Positions 40,640-54,920 of a stretch of 64,000 nucleotides of DNA are shown here, in pieces (the first letter of the stretch is position 1; the number at the start of each line of letters is the position of its first letter). Under the pieces are notes generated by a model. The model worked only from the letters and a program-made list of their open reading frames with translations. It made no database searches and was not told where the DNA came from. The stretch covers positions 10,850,001 to 10,914,000 of the forward strand of contig OX597820.1 of NCBI GenBank assembly GCA_951406725.2, written 5' to 3'. A program made the translations under genes and the position numbers. Origin of the DNA: Octopus vulgaris. Taxonomy: Eukaryota.

Positions 40640-41858
40640 TGGCAATAACAACTGGCAATAACAATGAAGATTGCTACAATTGGCCTAGACACCTACCTGA
40701 AAAACTCTGAGGACTGGATGTTAAAACTTGTCTCAAAACATGAAAACAAGAAAGCATCATACTCAGTAACAAAACAGGCAAAGGAATATCTAAGTGAATT
40801 CCGAATACAACAAATTTCGGAATTAGACATACAAGAAACAAGCACAGAAAAAGCTAAGCGTATGAAAACCCGTGCTAAAACTGCGGCCTTAGATATTCTG
40901 AATGATATTCTCTATGGTAAATACCCAAAGAGAGCGAATAATGCAGATGCTGACAAAGCCTGACCCATCAATGGCTAATGGCCTCTGGCTTAAAATCTGA
41001 AACAGAGGGGTTTATTATAGCAGCTCAAGATCAATGCCTACCTACAAGGAACTACCAGGCCAACATATTAAAGAACGGCAGTAGCCCAACATGTCGTGTA
41101 TGTCAACAACAAAATGAAACCATTGATCATGTTGTCTCCAAATGCAGTCTTCTAGCGCCTACAGAGTATCTCAACAGGCGTGATAGAGCTGCACAATATA
41201 TTCACTGGGTAATCTGCAAAAACCTGGATTTGCCCCATGGAAAAAACTGGTGGGAACACAAACCACCTCCAGTGCTTGAAAATGACCACATCTCACTCCT
41301 CTGGAACTTCACCTTTCAAACTGACAGAAAGATAGATGCAAATAAGCCAGACATCATATTTAAAGACTTCAGACAAAGAACATGCCTCCTCATTGATATG
41401 ACTGTCCCAATCGATATAAACGTATCTGTCAAGACCTTCCAAAAACTGAGCAAATATAAAGATCTTGAAATAGAAATCAGCAAAATGTGGAAGCTGAAGA
41501 CTAAAACAATACCTGTTGTCATAGGTGCCCTGGGAATGATAGCAAAAGGGGCTGATTGCTACCTAACTCAGATACCAGGAAACCCCAAAATGGCAGAAAT
41601 TCAAAAGATAGTGCTCATGGGAACTGTTCATATCCTACGCAAAATACTTTCTATGTAATCTCAAGGTTTAAAACAAACATAATTTTCGGTTTTTTTATTT
41701 ATTTTTTTTAGACATTCACTAGTACAACACCAAAAAACAACAACAAATATATGGCACACTAGGAATAACAACAACATGAACTTCCATCTTGTTGCCTCTT
41801 GAGGTCTCTGGGTGAGACTTGGAGCCAACTTGTACAAATATAAAGCAAAAGTCAAACA
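40640..41858 (+). mobile_element. 5'-truncated R4/Dong-like non-LTR retrotransposon (CCHC knuckle + restriction-like endonuclease)
   Basis: LKSETEGFIIAAQDQ, CRVC..ETIDHVVSKC, R(R)D, KPDI..LIDMTVP, KLSKYKDL, PVVIGALG. A 1-nt frameshift near 40960 joins ORFs 40664-40963 and 40978-41658. Flanked by (TAA)n. Confidence 0.93.
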
Positions 41859-41884
41859 TAAATAATAATAATAATAATAATAAC

Positions 41885-41937
<53 letters not shown>

Positions 41938-41963
41938 TGATGATGATGATGATCATGAAGATG

Positions 41964-42046
<83 letters not shown>

Positions 42047-42087
42047 AAGAAGAAGAAGAAGAAGAAGAAGAAGAAGAAGAAGAAGAA
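41859..42087. repeat. (TAA)n/(TGA)n/(GAA)n microsatellite
   Basis: Directly visible. Confidence 0.97.
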
Positions 42088-42153
42088 ATATTGAATACAT
42101 CTAAAGTTATACACAGATTCTAAACGCACAAAATAAATTGGATTTGTACCAGC

Positions 42154-42226
<73 letters not shown>

Positions 42227-42577
42227 ATTATTATTAATGTGTTTACACTTTTTGTATAAATTTATAAATTTATATGTCTTTCGCGAAGAACTCACAGAAA
42301 TTCAAATTCGAAATAATATGAAACTGTTTTTTTTTTTTCTGTCTTTCAAATGATTACTTGTTAAGTTAGATCAATAAACGAATACAAATTAGTTATGTCA
42401 AGTTGTATGCAAGAATTTGCTTAGATTGAAACAAATAGCTTAAATAACCGAAGAGAAAAACAAAACATTGATTAGTTTCACCGGAAAGCATATTACTTTG
42501 CTGTTTCGCGACAACTTTATTAGATGTTTAAGTTGAAACGCTTCTTGATATTAAACAGCAGCTACATTGATATGTGT

Positions 42578-42836
42578 AGTGGAGGCGCGTGGCTTAGTGG
42601 ATAGGGTGTCAGCATCATGATCGTAAGTTTGTGGTTTCGATTCCTGGAACGGGCAACGCGTTATGCTCTTGAGCAAAACACTTCATTTCACGTTGCTCCA
42701 GTCCACTCAGCTGGCAAAAATGAGTAACGCTGCGATGGACTGGCGTCCCGTCCAGCTGGGGAACACATACGCCATTGAAACCGGGAAACCGGGCCCATGA
42801 GCCTGACTAGGCTTTAAAAAGGTGCATTTATTATAT
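42578..42836 (+). mobile_element. SINE family D: tRNA-like head, CORE-like domain, V-domain-like tail 3
   Basis: A box TGGCTTAGTGG; B box GGTTTCGATTCC; CTTGAGCAAAACACTT; TGCGATGGACTGGCGTCCCGTCCAG; TSD attgatatgtgt. Confidence 0.85.
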
Positions 42837-42848
42837 ATTGATATGTGT

Positions 42849-43489
42849 AGTGAAGGCGCAATGGACCAGTGGTTAGGGCAGCGGACTTGCGGTCATAGGA
42901 TCGTTTAAGGCGGCGAGCTGGCAGAAACGTTAGCACGCCGGGCGAAACGCTTAGCGGTATTTCGTCTGCCGTTACGTTCTGAGTTCAAATTCCGCCGAGG
43001 TCGACTTTGCCTTTCATCCTTCCGGGGTCGATAAATTAAGTACCAGTTACGCACTGGGGTCGATGTAATCGACTTAATCCGCTTGTCTGTTCTTGTTTGT
43101 CCTCTCTGTGTTTAGCCCCTTGTGGGTAATAAAGAAATAGGTCATAGGATCGTTTCGATTCCCAGACTAAGCGTTGTGAGTGTTCATCGAGCGAAAACAC
43201 ATAAAGCTCCACGGCGCTCCGGCAGGGGGCGGTGGCGGTGACGAACTCTGCTGTACTCTTTCACCACAACTTTCTCTCTCACTCTTTCTCCCTGTTTCTG
43301 TTGTATCTGTATTTCAAATGGCCAGCCTTGTCGCACTCCGTGTCACGCTGAATCTCCCCGAGAACTACGTTAAGGGTACACGTGTCTGTGAAGTGCTCAG
43401 CCACTTGCACGTTAATTTCACGAGAAGGCTGTTCCGTTGTTCGGAGCAACTGGAACCCTCGTCGCCGGAACCCTCGGAGTGCTACGACG
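42849..43489 (+). mobile_element. SINE family C (tail 2) interrupted by a SINE B
   Basis: Head is split at the TSD ggtcataggatcgttt. Outer TSD attgatatgtgt. Confidence 0.88.
42907..43139 (+). mobile_element. SINE family B nested in a SINE C head
   Basis: 16-bp TSD at 42891-42906 and 43140-43155. Confidence 0.93.
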
Positions 43490-43679
43490 ATTGATATGTG
43501 TGATGTAGTTAGAATCTGATGTTGGTTAGAAACACTAAATGCTGTTTGTAAAATTGGTGATGCTAGTATTTACAACAGGTAAACACGTAAAATTTTAATA
43601 TCACCAGTTTGTGCCAGAGCCTTGCTTTTTCGTTTGTGATCAGAGTGTAGATTAGATACACCAGGCAATAATTGGCAAT

Positions 43680-43984
43680 CCGTCGGTCACGACGACGAGG
43701 TATACTGTTGATACGACCAACAGAACAGCCTGTTCTTGAAATTACCGTGCGTGTGCTTGACCGCTCCACAGACACGCGTACTTTTAACGTAGTCCTTAGG
43801 GAGATTTAGTGTGACACAGAATATGTCAAGGCTGGCCCTCTAAGTTACATGTGTCACTCATTTTTATCAGCTCAGTGGAGCAACGTGAAATAAAGCGCCT
43901 TGCTGAAAAACACAACGCGCCGATGGGAATCGAACTGATCACATTGCGATCGTGCGTTGAACACCTTAACCACTAAGCCATACG
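43680..43984 (-). mobile_element. SINE: head D + tail 2, diverged
   Basis: 43855-43984 is the reverse complement of the family D head/CORE. 43680-43840 is the reverse complement of tail 2. Confidence 0.78.
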
Positions 43985-44598
43985 AATTTATTCTGACAAT
44001 GGAGTATAAATATCGGTATTAACTTTTTCATGTTTCAGTCATTGGACTGCGACCATGCTGTCGCATCGCCCTGAGTGCTTTAGTTGAACAAATCAATCCC
44101 AATTTTCACTTTGGTTTAAAGTATGGCACTTATTCTATCGGTCTCGTATGCCGAACTGCTACATCACAGGAACGTAAACAAACTAACACCGTTGTTGAAG
44201 CGGTGGGTGGATAAACGCTATGACATATGCACAGACACACACACACACATTCACACACACAGACACCTCACACACACACACACACACTCACAAACACACA
44301 CACATACGTGTGTGAGCATGCGTTTTTTTTGTATGTTTCCCCTACACAAAGCGCTTGACAACTGGTGTTGGTTTGTTTATATCTACGTGACTTAGCGGTT
44401 CGTTAAAAGTATTCGATAGAATACGTACCAGACTTTAAAAGAAAATATATGTATAGGAACGATTTTTTTCAAGCAAACTTTTCAAAGCTATACCCTAAGA
44501 TGGCCGCAGTCCAGTGACTGAAACAAGTAACAGATAAAACAATATGTCGATGTTACATTATTTACATTTGACGGATATTTGTCTTCATCTTTGTTGTT

Positions 44599-44644
44599 AA
44601 CACAACGTTTCGGCTGATGTAACTTCCAGCCTTCTTCAGGTGTC
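44599..44644 (-). ncRNA. Minimal type I hammerhead ribozyme motif
   Basis: gacac-CTGAAGA-a-ggctgg-aagttaca-tcagcc-GAAAC-GTT-gtgtt. Stem I gacac/gtgtt; palindromic AACGTT stem III. Confidence 0.75.
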
Positions 44645-44694
44645 TTGAGAAAATTTTGAACCTGGGTTCTCATTCCTAAGGTATTTTTCGATGC

Positions 44695-45056
<362 letters not shown>

Positions 45057-45128
45057 GTTGTTGTTGTTGTTGTTGTTGTTTAGGTCACTACTTGGAATCG
45101 AACTCGGAATCTCAACAACAACAACAAC

Positions 45129-45168
<40 letters not shown>

Positions 45169-45218
45169 GCATAGAAAACAACCTTAGGAATGAGAACCCA
45201 GGTTCGAAATTTCCCCAA

Positions 45219-45264
45219 GACACCTGAGGAAGGCTGGAGGGTACATCAGCCGAAACGTTGTGTT
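45219..45264 (+). ncRNA. Minimal type I hammerhead ribozyme motif
   Basis: gacac-CTGAGGA-a-ggctgg-agggtaca-tcagcc-GAAAC-GTT-gtgtt. Confidence 0.75.
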
Positions 45265-46027
45265 AACAACAAACAAGATGAGGACAAATATCCGTCGATT
45301 GTAAATAATGTAAATAATGTAGATAATTCCTCGTCTCTTAAATATAGAACTGTAATATGTCTGTGATGTTCTGTCGACCTCAGTTCTGGAATAAAAACCG
45401 AAAGGTATCTAAGAAAGTGAAGAGGCTTATAACGATAATGCACGCATTAATGTCTCCGGGTGCAAAATCAGTGTTCTATTATTGATAATGGTCTGTGTGA
45501 TTAGGCAATATTTTTGTAACCGATTGTAAGCTTCCGTGACAAAACGACTGGTTGCTATAGCAGTACCCACTGCTTAATTGAAGAGTGGCTAATTAGAGCT
45601 TGATTACAGCAATGTCATGCACATATGCTTCTATTCATATGTGGTCTGACTAAAACTGGTGTAGCTGCATATTAGATGTAAATAAGAGAATCTAGTTTCG
45701 TGATTTCTTTTTCATTTTAACAAACCACGTCTTTCGTATTTATTACATCATATGCGATCGAATGAGAGAACCTGTACTTGGTTACGCGGTCATCTAGAAA
45801 TAGCAGCAAGTCTTCCTCAAACAACATCCTACCACCTCAGAGACAAAAATAAGCACATTGAATAATGTTTACTGAAGTAATGGTCTGCTTGAGTGGCCAA
45901 AGCTTACAGGTTACACTTTGTGTATTTGGCCTGACCGAGGGTTAAATAACAACGACATTGATACATTTCAAGCAAGCAATATATTGGAATGAATTGGATC
46001 GATATTGCCAAAACTATGCTATTGATT

Positions 46028-46980
46028 TCAAATTTTGGAACAAGGCCAGTAATTTCAGGAAGGGATGCCAGTCGATAATATTAACCTCAGTACTCCACTG
46101 GTACTTATTTTATCGACTCTGAAAGTATGAAAGGCAAAGCCGACCTCGACGGAATTTGAACTCAGAACGTAAAGAGAAACCCGTTGAGTATTTTGTTAGA
46201 CGCACTAACGATTCTACAAAGCATTTCATCTATTTTCACGTACTGAGTTCAAATTCCTCAAAGGTTAAATTTGCAGTTCATCAAATCGTGGTCGATAAAA
46301 TGAGTACCAGTAAGAGTACTGGTGTCGAGGTTATCGACTTATCACTTTCTCCTCAATTGCTGGTCTTGTGCCAAAATTTAATCCTAATATTCTTTTCTTC
46401 TCTAGGTACAATGCCCGACATTTTGGAGAAGTGGGGGGGGGGGCAATCAATTAGATCGACCCCAGTATGCAACTGGTACTCCATTTATAGACCCCAAAAG
46501 GATGAAAGGGAAAGTCGACCTCGGCGGAATTTGAACTCAGAACGTAAAGACAGACGAAATACCTATTTCTTTACTACCCACAAAAAGCTGAACACAGAGA
46601 GGACAAATAAGGACAGACAAAGGGATTAAGTCGATTATATCGACCCCAGTGCGTAACTGGTACTTATTTAATCGACCCCGAAAGGATGTAAGGCAAAGTC
46701 GACCTCGACGGAATTTGAATTCAGAACGTAACGGCAGACGAAATACCTATTTCTTTTCTACCCACAAGGGGCTAAACACAGGGAGGACAAACAGGGACAG
46801 ACTAACGGATTAAGTCGATTATATCGACCCCAATGCGTAACTGGTACTTATTTAATCGACCCCGAAAGGATGTAAGGCAAAGTCGACCTCGGCGGAATTC
46901 GAACTCAGAACGTAACGGCAGACGAAATACCGCTGAGCATTTCACCCGGCGTGCTAACGATTCTGCCAGCTCGTCGCCTT
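46028..46980 (-). mobile_element. Cluster of SINE B copies, including a head-to-tail trimer at about 46390-46980
   Basis: Units joined at GACGAAATAC/CTATTTCTTT. Only the last unit has the full head. Confidence 0.85.
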
Positions 46981-47786
46981 TTATTTGAACCCAATGTTGA
47001 AAGAACTTCAGTATTCAGATGAAGAATAGAATATTCAGCAGTTGTTTAGCAACAGAATGAAAACTGTTTATAAACATTTTATACAAACCTGCTTACACAT
47101 ACAAACAAGTCCTTGTACGCAACAACACCCAAACACGCATACATCTGTATACATATATATACACATATAAACAAACATTGCTGAATTTCTCTCAGTGATT
47201 AGAGCATGAAACTTGCGATAACAATGGAGTATTTACCGTTAATTGCACCACTGAAGGCTTGCACTGTTATCTTCATTAGCAGATTAGTTTCATCAATACC
47301 CATTATTTACTGATCAAATTATTCAACAGCACACGTTAAACATATCTTCAACGTCACCTTCGGTGACAGTGCGGTTTCAATCTAGCATTCATTATGTAAT
47401 TCTAGACAAACGTAAATAAGAACCGATAGCGTACACTTACTTCTATTATGTAACACTAACAAGCTAACAAATAAAAAAAAAACTGCTCAAAAATATGTGA
47501 TTTTATCGATCGAATGCTCGAAGTTTCTGCAATGTTCAAAATAGATCTGTTATGTCAGATTTGTTTGTATCGTTGCAAAGATCAGTTGAGTCTATCCCAG
47601 AATGTTTTATCGGAACAAATCGCCGGTGGATGTAAACACTATACCAAAAAACTTACAATCAACGGAAGTTAGCTAGTTCGGTTCATTATAACTCTTTCTC
47701 CCCTCACCTCTCTCTCTCTCTCTCTTTCTCGCCTTAAATTGTATATAAGTCTCGTTCAAATAGTGTCTATATGTATACATATATAT

Positions 47787-47848
<62 letters not shown>

Positions 47849-48898
47849 ATACTTATATATATACATATATATACATATACATAGATATACATATACATAG
47901 ATATACATATATATATATATATATACTTCTATACATGTAGGTATAACTCTCCGTTTCTTTCTTTCTCTTTCTCTCTCTCTTTTTTCTCTCTCTCATGCTC
48001 TCTTAAATTTTATACATCTAAATGCTTGTGCATGCATTTGTACGTGGTGTCTTTACGTGAGTTTTTTTTTATGTGTGTGAGTGCTTATACATTTTTTTTT
48101 CTGAACGGTTAAGACGTTTGCATTTCATTGATGAGACTTTGATTTCAATTCTACCGCAAGTCATCATCGTTCAAAAGGTCATTAACCATATTTCAGAAAG
48201 AAGTTCGACTGACGGAGACTGTAGAGAAAGAACCGATACGAGCTGAAGCCGACGACGACATACATACATATTTACATACATACATACATATATACATACA
48301 TACATACATACAACATACATAAATACATACATACATACATACATACATACATACATACATACATACATACATAAATACATACATACATACATACAAAAAA
48401 TACCCTTTTGTTGATTTTGAAATTCCAATGAAGGAGCCTTAGATCTAGGTTAGAAACCGGTTCTTTCTCTATTGGCAAGAAATCATGAAATAAACTGAAT
48501 AATGGCATACATACAAACAGACAGACAGGCATACGCGTGTTTGTACGCAATTTTAATATTTCAGTATTTCCTTAAATGTTTTGTAGTTGGTTTCGCAGCT
48601 CAAAGATTGTGAAGTACTAATTTCAAATGATACAAATACTTGAAGCATCATTTGAAGATAAAAGCTACCAAATTAATGGGCAGGACATCATCTAGGAATA
48701 TCAGCCATGAATGCTAATGTTGCTTCATTCTTATTATCAGACTAAAACACTTTGGTATGCTGGTTCTTTGAATCTTTTAGAATCAAGGAACACAGTATAG
48801 CTTAAAATCATTATTATTATGCATCCAATTCTTTCTCTTTCTCTCTCCCTCTTATTTGCCCTCTCTTCCCCACTTTCTCTCTTGCTATATATCTATTG

Positions 48899-49010
<112 letters not shown>

Positions 49011-49323
49011 TGTTTCATTCAGAAATCTTCAAAGCTATATATATATATATATACATACATATATATATATATGCATGAATACAATATCACACATACCCGC
49101 ACACACACGTAAGTTCATAGGTGCGAAACGATGTGAAGGAAATAGTACTCAATTACCTAAGTAGATTAAAATAGCGTTATATACAATGTGTGTGTTGATT
49201 AGTGTATATATATACATACATATATATATACATATCTGAATGTATGTACGCATGAGTTCATGTACGTATGTATATATGTATGTGATAGCTATGTCGAAAC
49301 AGAAGTTTAAGCATATATTTGTA

Positions 49324-49375
<52 letters not shown>

Positions 49376-49725
49376 CATTTCATAAGCTGAACTGAATTGT
49401 GACTATTTGTTTGAGTTGTTTGATGTACAACAATATTGGCCAGTTAATATACGGTTTATTAATTGCAGTCTACAAACATATGCTAAGTTCTACTAGTCTT
49501 CTGCAATCTAATGGGAAAATATGATTCCATTTCGGAGGAGAAAAAATTTCATTCGTCTACTAATATCGCTTACAGACACCGACTAACTTGTTTCTTTTAT
49601 TAACTCGCGTATTTTTCATTCTCTTCTGTAGATATAATAACTTTTTGTTCAAGTAACTTAAACTGCAGACACAGAAACGAGATGTTAATCAAAACTGATG
49701 TTATTCCCACTTCTTCATTTACTAA

Positions 49726-49841
49726 TTGCCTGGAATTTCACAGTTTTTCTCATTGTCAATGTTATAAATCCGGGCCAAATATTTGCCTGGAATTTCACAG
49801 TTTTTCTCATTGTCAATGTTATAAATCCGGGCCAAATATTT
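49726..49841. repeat. Exact 57-bp tandem duplication
   Basis: ttgcctggaatttcacag...ccgggccaaatat present twice. Confidence 0.92.
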
Positions 49842-50296
49842 AGGGATTGAAATCCTAAAACCGGTTTCTGAGTTCCTTACTTCCCTACAAGTTGCTGATA
49901 GGCACAAGCAAAACCATTATTTTATCTAATAATTCTCTAATGGAAATAATAATGGTTTTTTCGAATAATAACGGCTTAAAATTATTTGTTTGCTTACACC
50001 GCTTACTTTGTTATCTAAAAATATGTTTTAGCAACTCTTATCGAATTTACTAGATTTCCATCCAGCGTTGTACAACATGAAATCACTTAGTGTCAGATCC
50101 CTGCTTATTTGAAAGAACACCGTCTGATTAAATCAGCTTCAGATATTTTTTACCGTTTTTCTTCGCCTTTCCAAGTGGGTGTGCAAACTTTTGGAAATCT
50201 ACATGGTAAATACATAAGTATATACATAGACGCTATCTTTTTCAGTAAGCCACTCACAAACATGAACAGCTTTGTAGTAAACCCGAAGTAATATTT

Positions 50297-50521
50297 GAGC
50301 TGGCAAAAACGGTAGCACGCTGGGCGAAATGCGTAGCCGTATTTCGTCTGCCGTTACGTTCTGAGTTCAAATTCCACCGAGGTCGATTTTGCCTTTAATC
50401 CTTTCGGGGTCGATAAATTAAGTACCAGTTACGCACTGGGGTCGATGTAATCGACTTAATCCGTTTGCCTGTCCTTGTTTGTCCCCTCTGTGTTTAGCCC
50501 CTTGTGGGTAGTAAAGAAAGA
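50297..50521 (+). mobile_element. SINE family B monomer with 9-bp TSD
   Basis: aatatttga at 50290-50298 and 50522-50530. Confidence 0.9.
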
Positions 50522-51018
50522 AATATTTGACATATGTTAGCCATTTAGAAACACGCAAAGACCGATATTAACTTCACTTAAACATTTATTTGTAAATTAG
50601 ATGTCAAAAGTTTCGTCGCTCGAAACTGCGACCTACCTGTGCACTGATAAAAAAAATCTGCCTTAGTTTCAGGAAACGATCTCAGAGGAAGACACTTGCT
50701 ACGCTAATCCTTCTCGTAATAATAAGCGAAACCTAAATCTGAAACTGAAATGCTGTACTTTGGGAACATATTATATTAAAGCACTCTACATATTCTACAA
50801 TGAAGATCGAAAACAGAATTGGCATCATATGCTACACAGCACCTATATAACACATTTATCATGCGGTTAATTTTACTCCATTTCGATTTGCAATTTGCCC
50901 TTGCTTGAAACGAATAAAAGGTAGCAAGTTGGGTCGGGACATGATTTGCCATGAATTTAAAAAATGTTCGTTATAATGAATTCCATTACTTGATACGTAA
51001 TAATACATACATACATAC

Positions 51019-51053
<35 letters not shown>

Positions 51054-51491
51054 TGTATGTATGTATGTATGTATGTATGTATGTATGTATGTATATGTAT
51101 ATATATATATATATATATATTATTATTATTATTATTATTATTCGATTTCTATTAGCAGTTTCACTTCTTTACTCTTTTACTTCCTCCTCTTCGGTTTTTC
51201 CCCTTATTTAACGGTCATTCTAATAGCTCTTTTGTCTTAATAACGGTCAATTACATAGTAATTTATTTCCCTTTGTTTAACAGTCATTTTCATAGCATTT
51301 TCTGATTGCCTCGATAACTGACGTGATGCCGGAGTAGTTTTCGGCCCCGACATCCGACACTCGGAGTCTTATCAAGGCGACCGAATAATTGTCACATATA
51401 TTACAGATAAATTCCTCTATTTACATAATATCGCGGTTTCATTCATTCTGTTGTTGTCTTACCATTACTATTAATATATATATATATTAAT

Positions 51492-51898
51492 GTAGTTTCA
51501 GCTCAGAGCTGCGGCCATGCTGATGCACCGCCGTTTTGCTACCTTGTTATTACTGAGTGCCTCCTCCAATATGTGGCACATAGTGAAGAATGGTGTTTGA
51601 TTTAGCTACCCTCATTTGCACCTCTTGCCGTGATGTAGGTTCGTCTGGGACTCTCGACAGGAAGAGGTCCAGCTTTGATTTTAAAGAGACTACACCTACT
51701 TTGTGCGGGTTCCTCAGGCTCTTTGGGAGAATATTAAAAAGCCGATATTAGAAATAATATCTTTTATGATATCCCAGCAACGCCATCGCGCTTCAGGACC
51801 AGTTACTGCTACGGCCTGCGTTTCAAATGTGGGCCCTTGAAACGCAGGCCGTAGCAGTAACTGGTCCTGAAGCGCGATGGCGTTGCTGGGATATCATA
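51492..51898 (-). mobile_element. CR1-like LINE 3' end with a perfect fold-back at its 5' break
   Basis: LFNILPKSLRNPHKVGVVSLKSKLDLFLSRVPDEPTSRQE, homologous to 19912-20100. Palindrome at 51765-51898. Confidence 0.85.
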
Positions 51899-52832
51899 TA
51901 AGTATTATTTAAATTTTATATGTGTACACATACATAGCAAGGCGTTGAAAAACCGTAAATTATAAATTAAATTTAAAATACAGGATTCTATAGAATAACA
52001 AAATAGTGAAGAAGCAGATTACGCTGGTCAAGCATTTAATGGGGATGGCTATATTTATTTATTTTTTTTTTCAAACAAAATATATTTCTAACTGATAAAT
52101 ATTTATCCAGCAAAACCAAAAGAGATTGTTCTGGATGGGCCTCTTCGTAAACATAAGTATACACATAGACGTTATCTTCGTCAGAAGGTCACAGACGAAT
52201 AGCTTCATATGTAATGACACAACTTCATATGTGATAATACAGCATATGTAATAACACAGATTATGTAATGACAATGCTTCATATTTAGTAAATATGAAGC
52301 TGTGTTATTACATAATCTGAACCCTGGGGCTGTGAACTTAGAATGCGATCCTTTGAAATGCAAACGTTTTACATCAAAGTACTCTGCTTAGTTTACAATT
52401 AATATTTAAAACATAGAATTGGTTACATATAATAAATATTTTCAAGTACAAGTATGAATTTCGGTGGAATTAATTTCCACAGAATTTTGAATTTATTTGT
52501 AATTGTTTACGATATTATGTTTTCGTGTATGAGGATGGCAATAGCAGCGTTCTATTTCAATTAGAAACGAATTTAATAAACATTATATAAGCTACATTGA
52601 AAGGTGAATATAGTGAAAACTGATAAAACAGCCTATACAGTGATTTAGATGGAAAGAGTAATACAACCTTTACTAATGATATATATATATATATCTGATG
52701 ACTCCACTAGAGTGGACGCAAGCCTTAATATATGATGTGACATATTAATAAATATCTGTAAATATAAAACCATCCACATTTCTGAGTACCTTATTTCTTC
52801 TAATATATAATACCTGTACATCATCTCCAAAC

Positions 52833-52889
<57 letters not shown>

Positions 52890-52893
<4 letters not shown>

Positions 52894-53085
52894 TTAATCC
52901 AAACAAGAAAGCACAAAAAAACACAACAACGCGAGGACGTGGAACAAATATAGTATTATTGGACGCTCAGGAAAGAAGGAAGGTTTAACGTTTCGAGCGG
53001 AGCTCTTCGTCGGAAACATAGGAGAAGGAAAAATCCAGAGAAGAGAAGACAGAGTGAAAAAAATCGCCAACGGTACACACGCGGT

Positions 53086-53090
<5 letters not shown>
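52890..53090 (-). mobile_element. PLE-like terminal repeat remnant with hammerhead-like motif at 52983-53017
   Basis: gttt-CCGACGA-a-gagc-tcc-gctc-GAAAC-GTT-aaac. Confidence 0.62.
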
Positions 53091-53149
<59 letters not shown>

Positions 53150-53249
53150 TTCAGCAAAAATTTAGATTCAGATGAATATGGTACCTAAGTTAAAGGCACC
53201 AGAATTTGGTATGGTATTATCCATATAAATCAAATGGGGTGATTATAAT

Positions 53250-53370
53250 CAAAATAAGCAAGGATATCCAAAGTTAGTGTAGTACAATCGTTTCATGCTA
53301 CTTCATTTAATTAAACAATGTAAGTATAACATCAGTTTTAGAATGTGGAGCACTCTTCAGCCACATATGG
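53250..53370 (-). ncRNA. Hammerhead-like motif with long stem II (decayed homologue at 57310-57430)
   Basis: CTGAAGA-gtgct...agcat-GAAAC-gattGTA. Confidence 0.55.
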
Positions 53371-54002
53371 AATTTTTAAAATTAAATTGACAATGTTCAT
53401 TTTTATACTTATTCCATTTGCCAATATTACAAAGAGGGTAGGTATATAGACAAAGAGGTGAATTTTATCAGTAAAACAATGTTAGTAGAAGATCTTTACT
53501 CATGGGCAGATTAGAAGTATTATTTAAATTTTGTAGGAATTTTACTCAGTCAACTACCATCCTGACACAGGTGTTAACTCTAAGAGTGTAATAGCTTAGC
53601 TTTTCTTGTCTTTAACTCGATTCCTATACACACATCTGAAGTAATGTGTTGCGCAGAGCATTGATACACCGGCTGTTCTCTCTAATAGCCATTTTTAAAA
53701 GATAGAGACTTAACATTAAATTACAAATGAAATAACAGGTTTATTGATTGTAGTTATTTATAATCAAATCTTCTCTATTATCAGTGTCTATGAAAACTGC
53801 TAGAAAATATGATAATTATACGACGAAAATGAAATATCGATTTCTACCTAGAAAGTTTTAACGTCTGCCGAATCCGTTAAAGAGCTTATAGACATTTATA
53901 GAAACATAAAACTGGCATTTTGCTACTTTTTGTCTCCGTAATAATAATTCACAGGAACTTATCGCATACAATCACTCATATAATCAATGTTATATACTGA
54001 CA

Positions 54003-54184
<182 letters not shown>

Positions 54185-54519
54185 TACATATATACACCAC
54201 ATACATACATACATACAGGCGTGCTCATGTATATTTACATATGTAGAAAAAAATATTCCTGTGTGAATGTAGCAGCGTGAATGAATATTGCAAGAGAGTC
54301 TAAGTGGGTTCTAAATTTTATTATTCTTCGCGTCTGGAAAGTCAGACATAATCAATAGCTTTAGGAGAGATGAGCTTCATCAGACTGTCGTTCCCGTGGC
54401 ACACCACATCAATATAATATCAACAATCGTGACGTTACGTCTCAACGGATTAAAGGACGTTGGCACAACTTTCATTGATCATCAACAACCACCGAGCACC
54501 AATATCTGCGACTTAAGAT

Positions 54520-54772
54520 TCTTTTATTCTTTTATTCTGTTACTTGTTTCAGGCATTTGACTGCGGCCATGCTGGAGCACTGCCTTTAGTCGAAGATATT
54601 GACACCCAGGGATTATTTTTTGTAAGCCTAGTACTTATTCTATAGGTTCCTTCTGTCGAACCGCTAGATTACGGGGACGTAAACGTACCAGGATCGGTTG
54701 TCAAGCGATGGTAGTGGGGACAAACACAGACACACAAATATATATTTACACACACACACACACACACACACG

Positions 54773-54824
<52 letters not shown>

Positions 54825-54858
54825 CATTTATATAGGACGGGCTTCTTTCATATATTAC

Positions 54859-54920
<62 letters not shown>

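Noticed and set aside
40978-41658. Intact 226-aa host nuclease gene
   Set aside because: It is the C-terminal part of a 5'-truncated, frameshifted retrotransposon ORF, with RHD altered to RRD.
49722-49907. ORF with a 19-aa repeat
   Set aside because: Explained by a 57-bp tandem duplication; no other coding evidence.
54325-54520. ATG-less open frame in unique sequence
   Set aside because: No splice sites or recognisable motif; within chance expectation.
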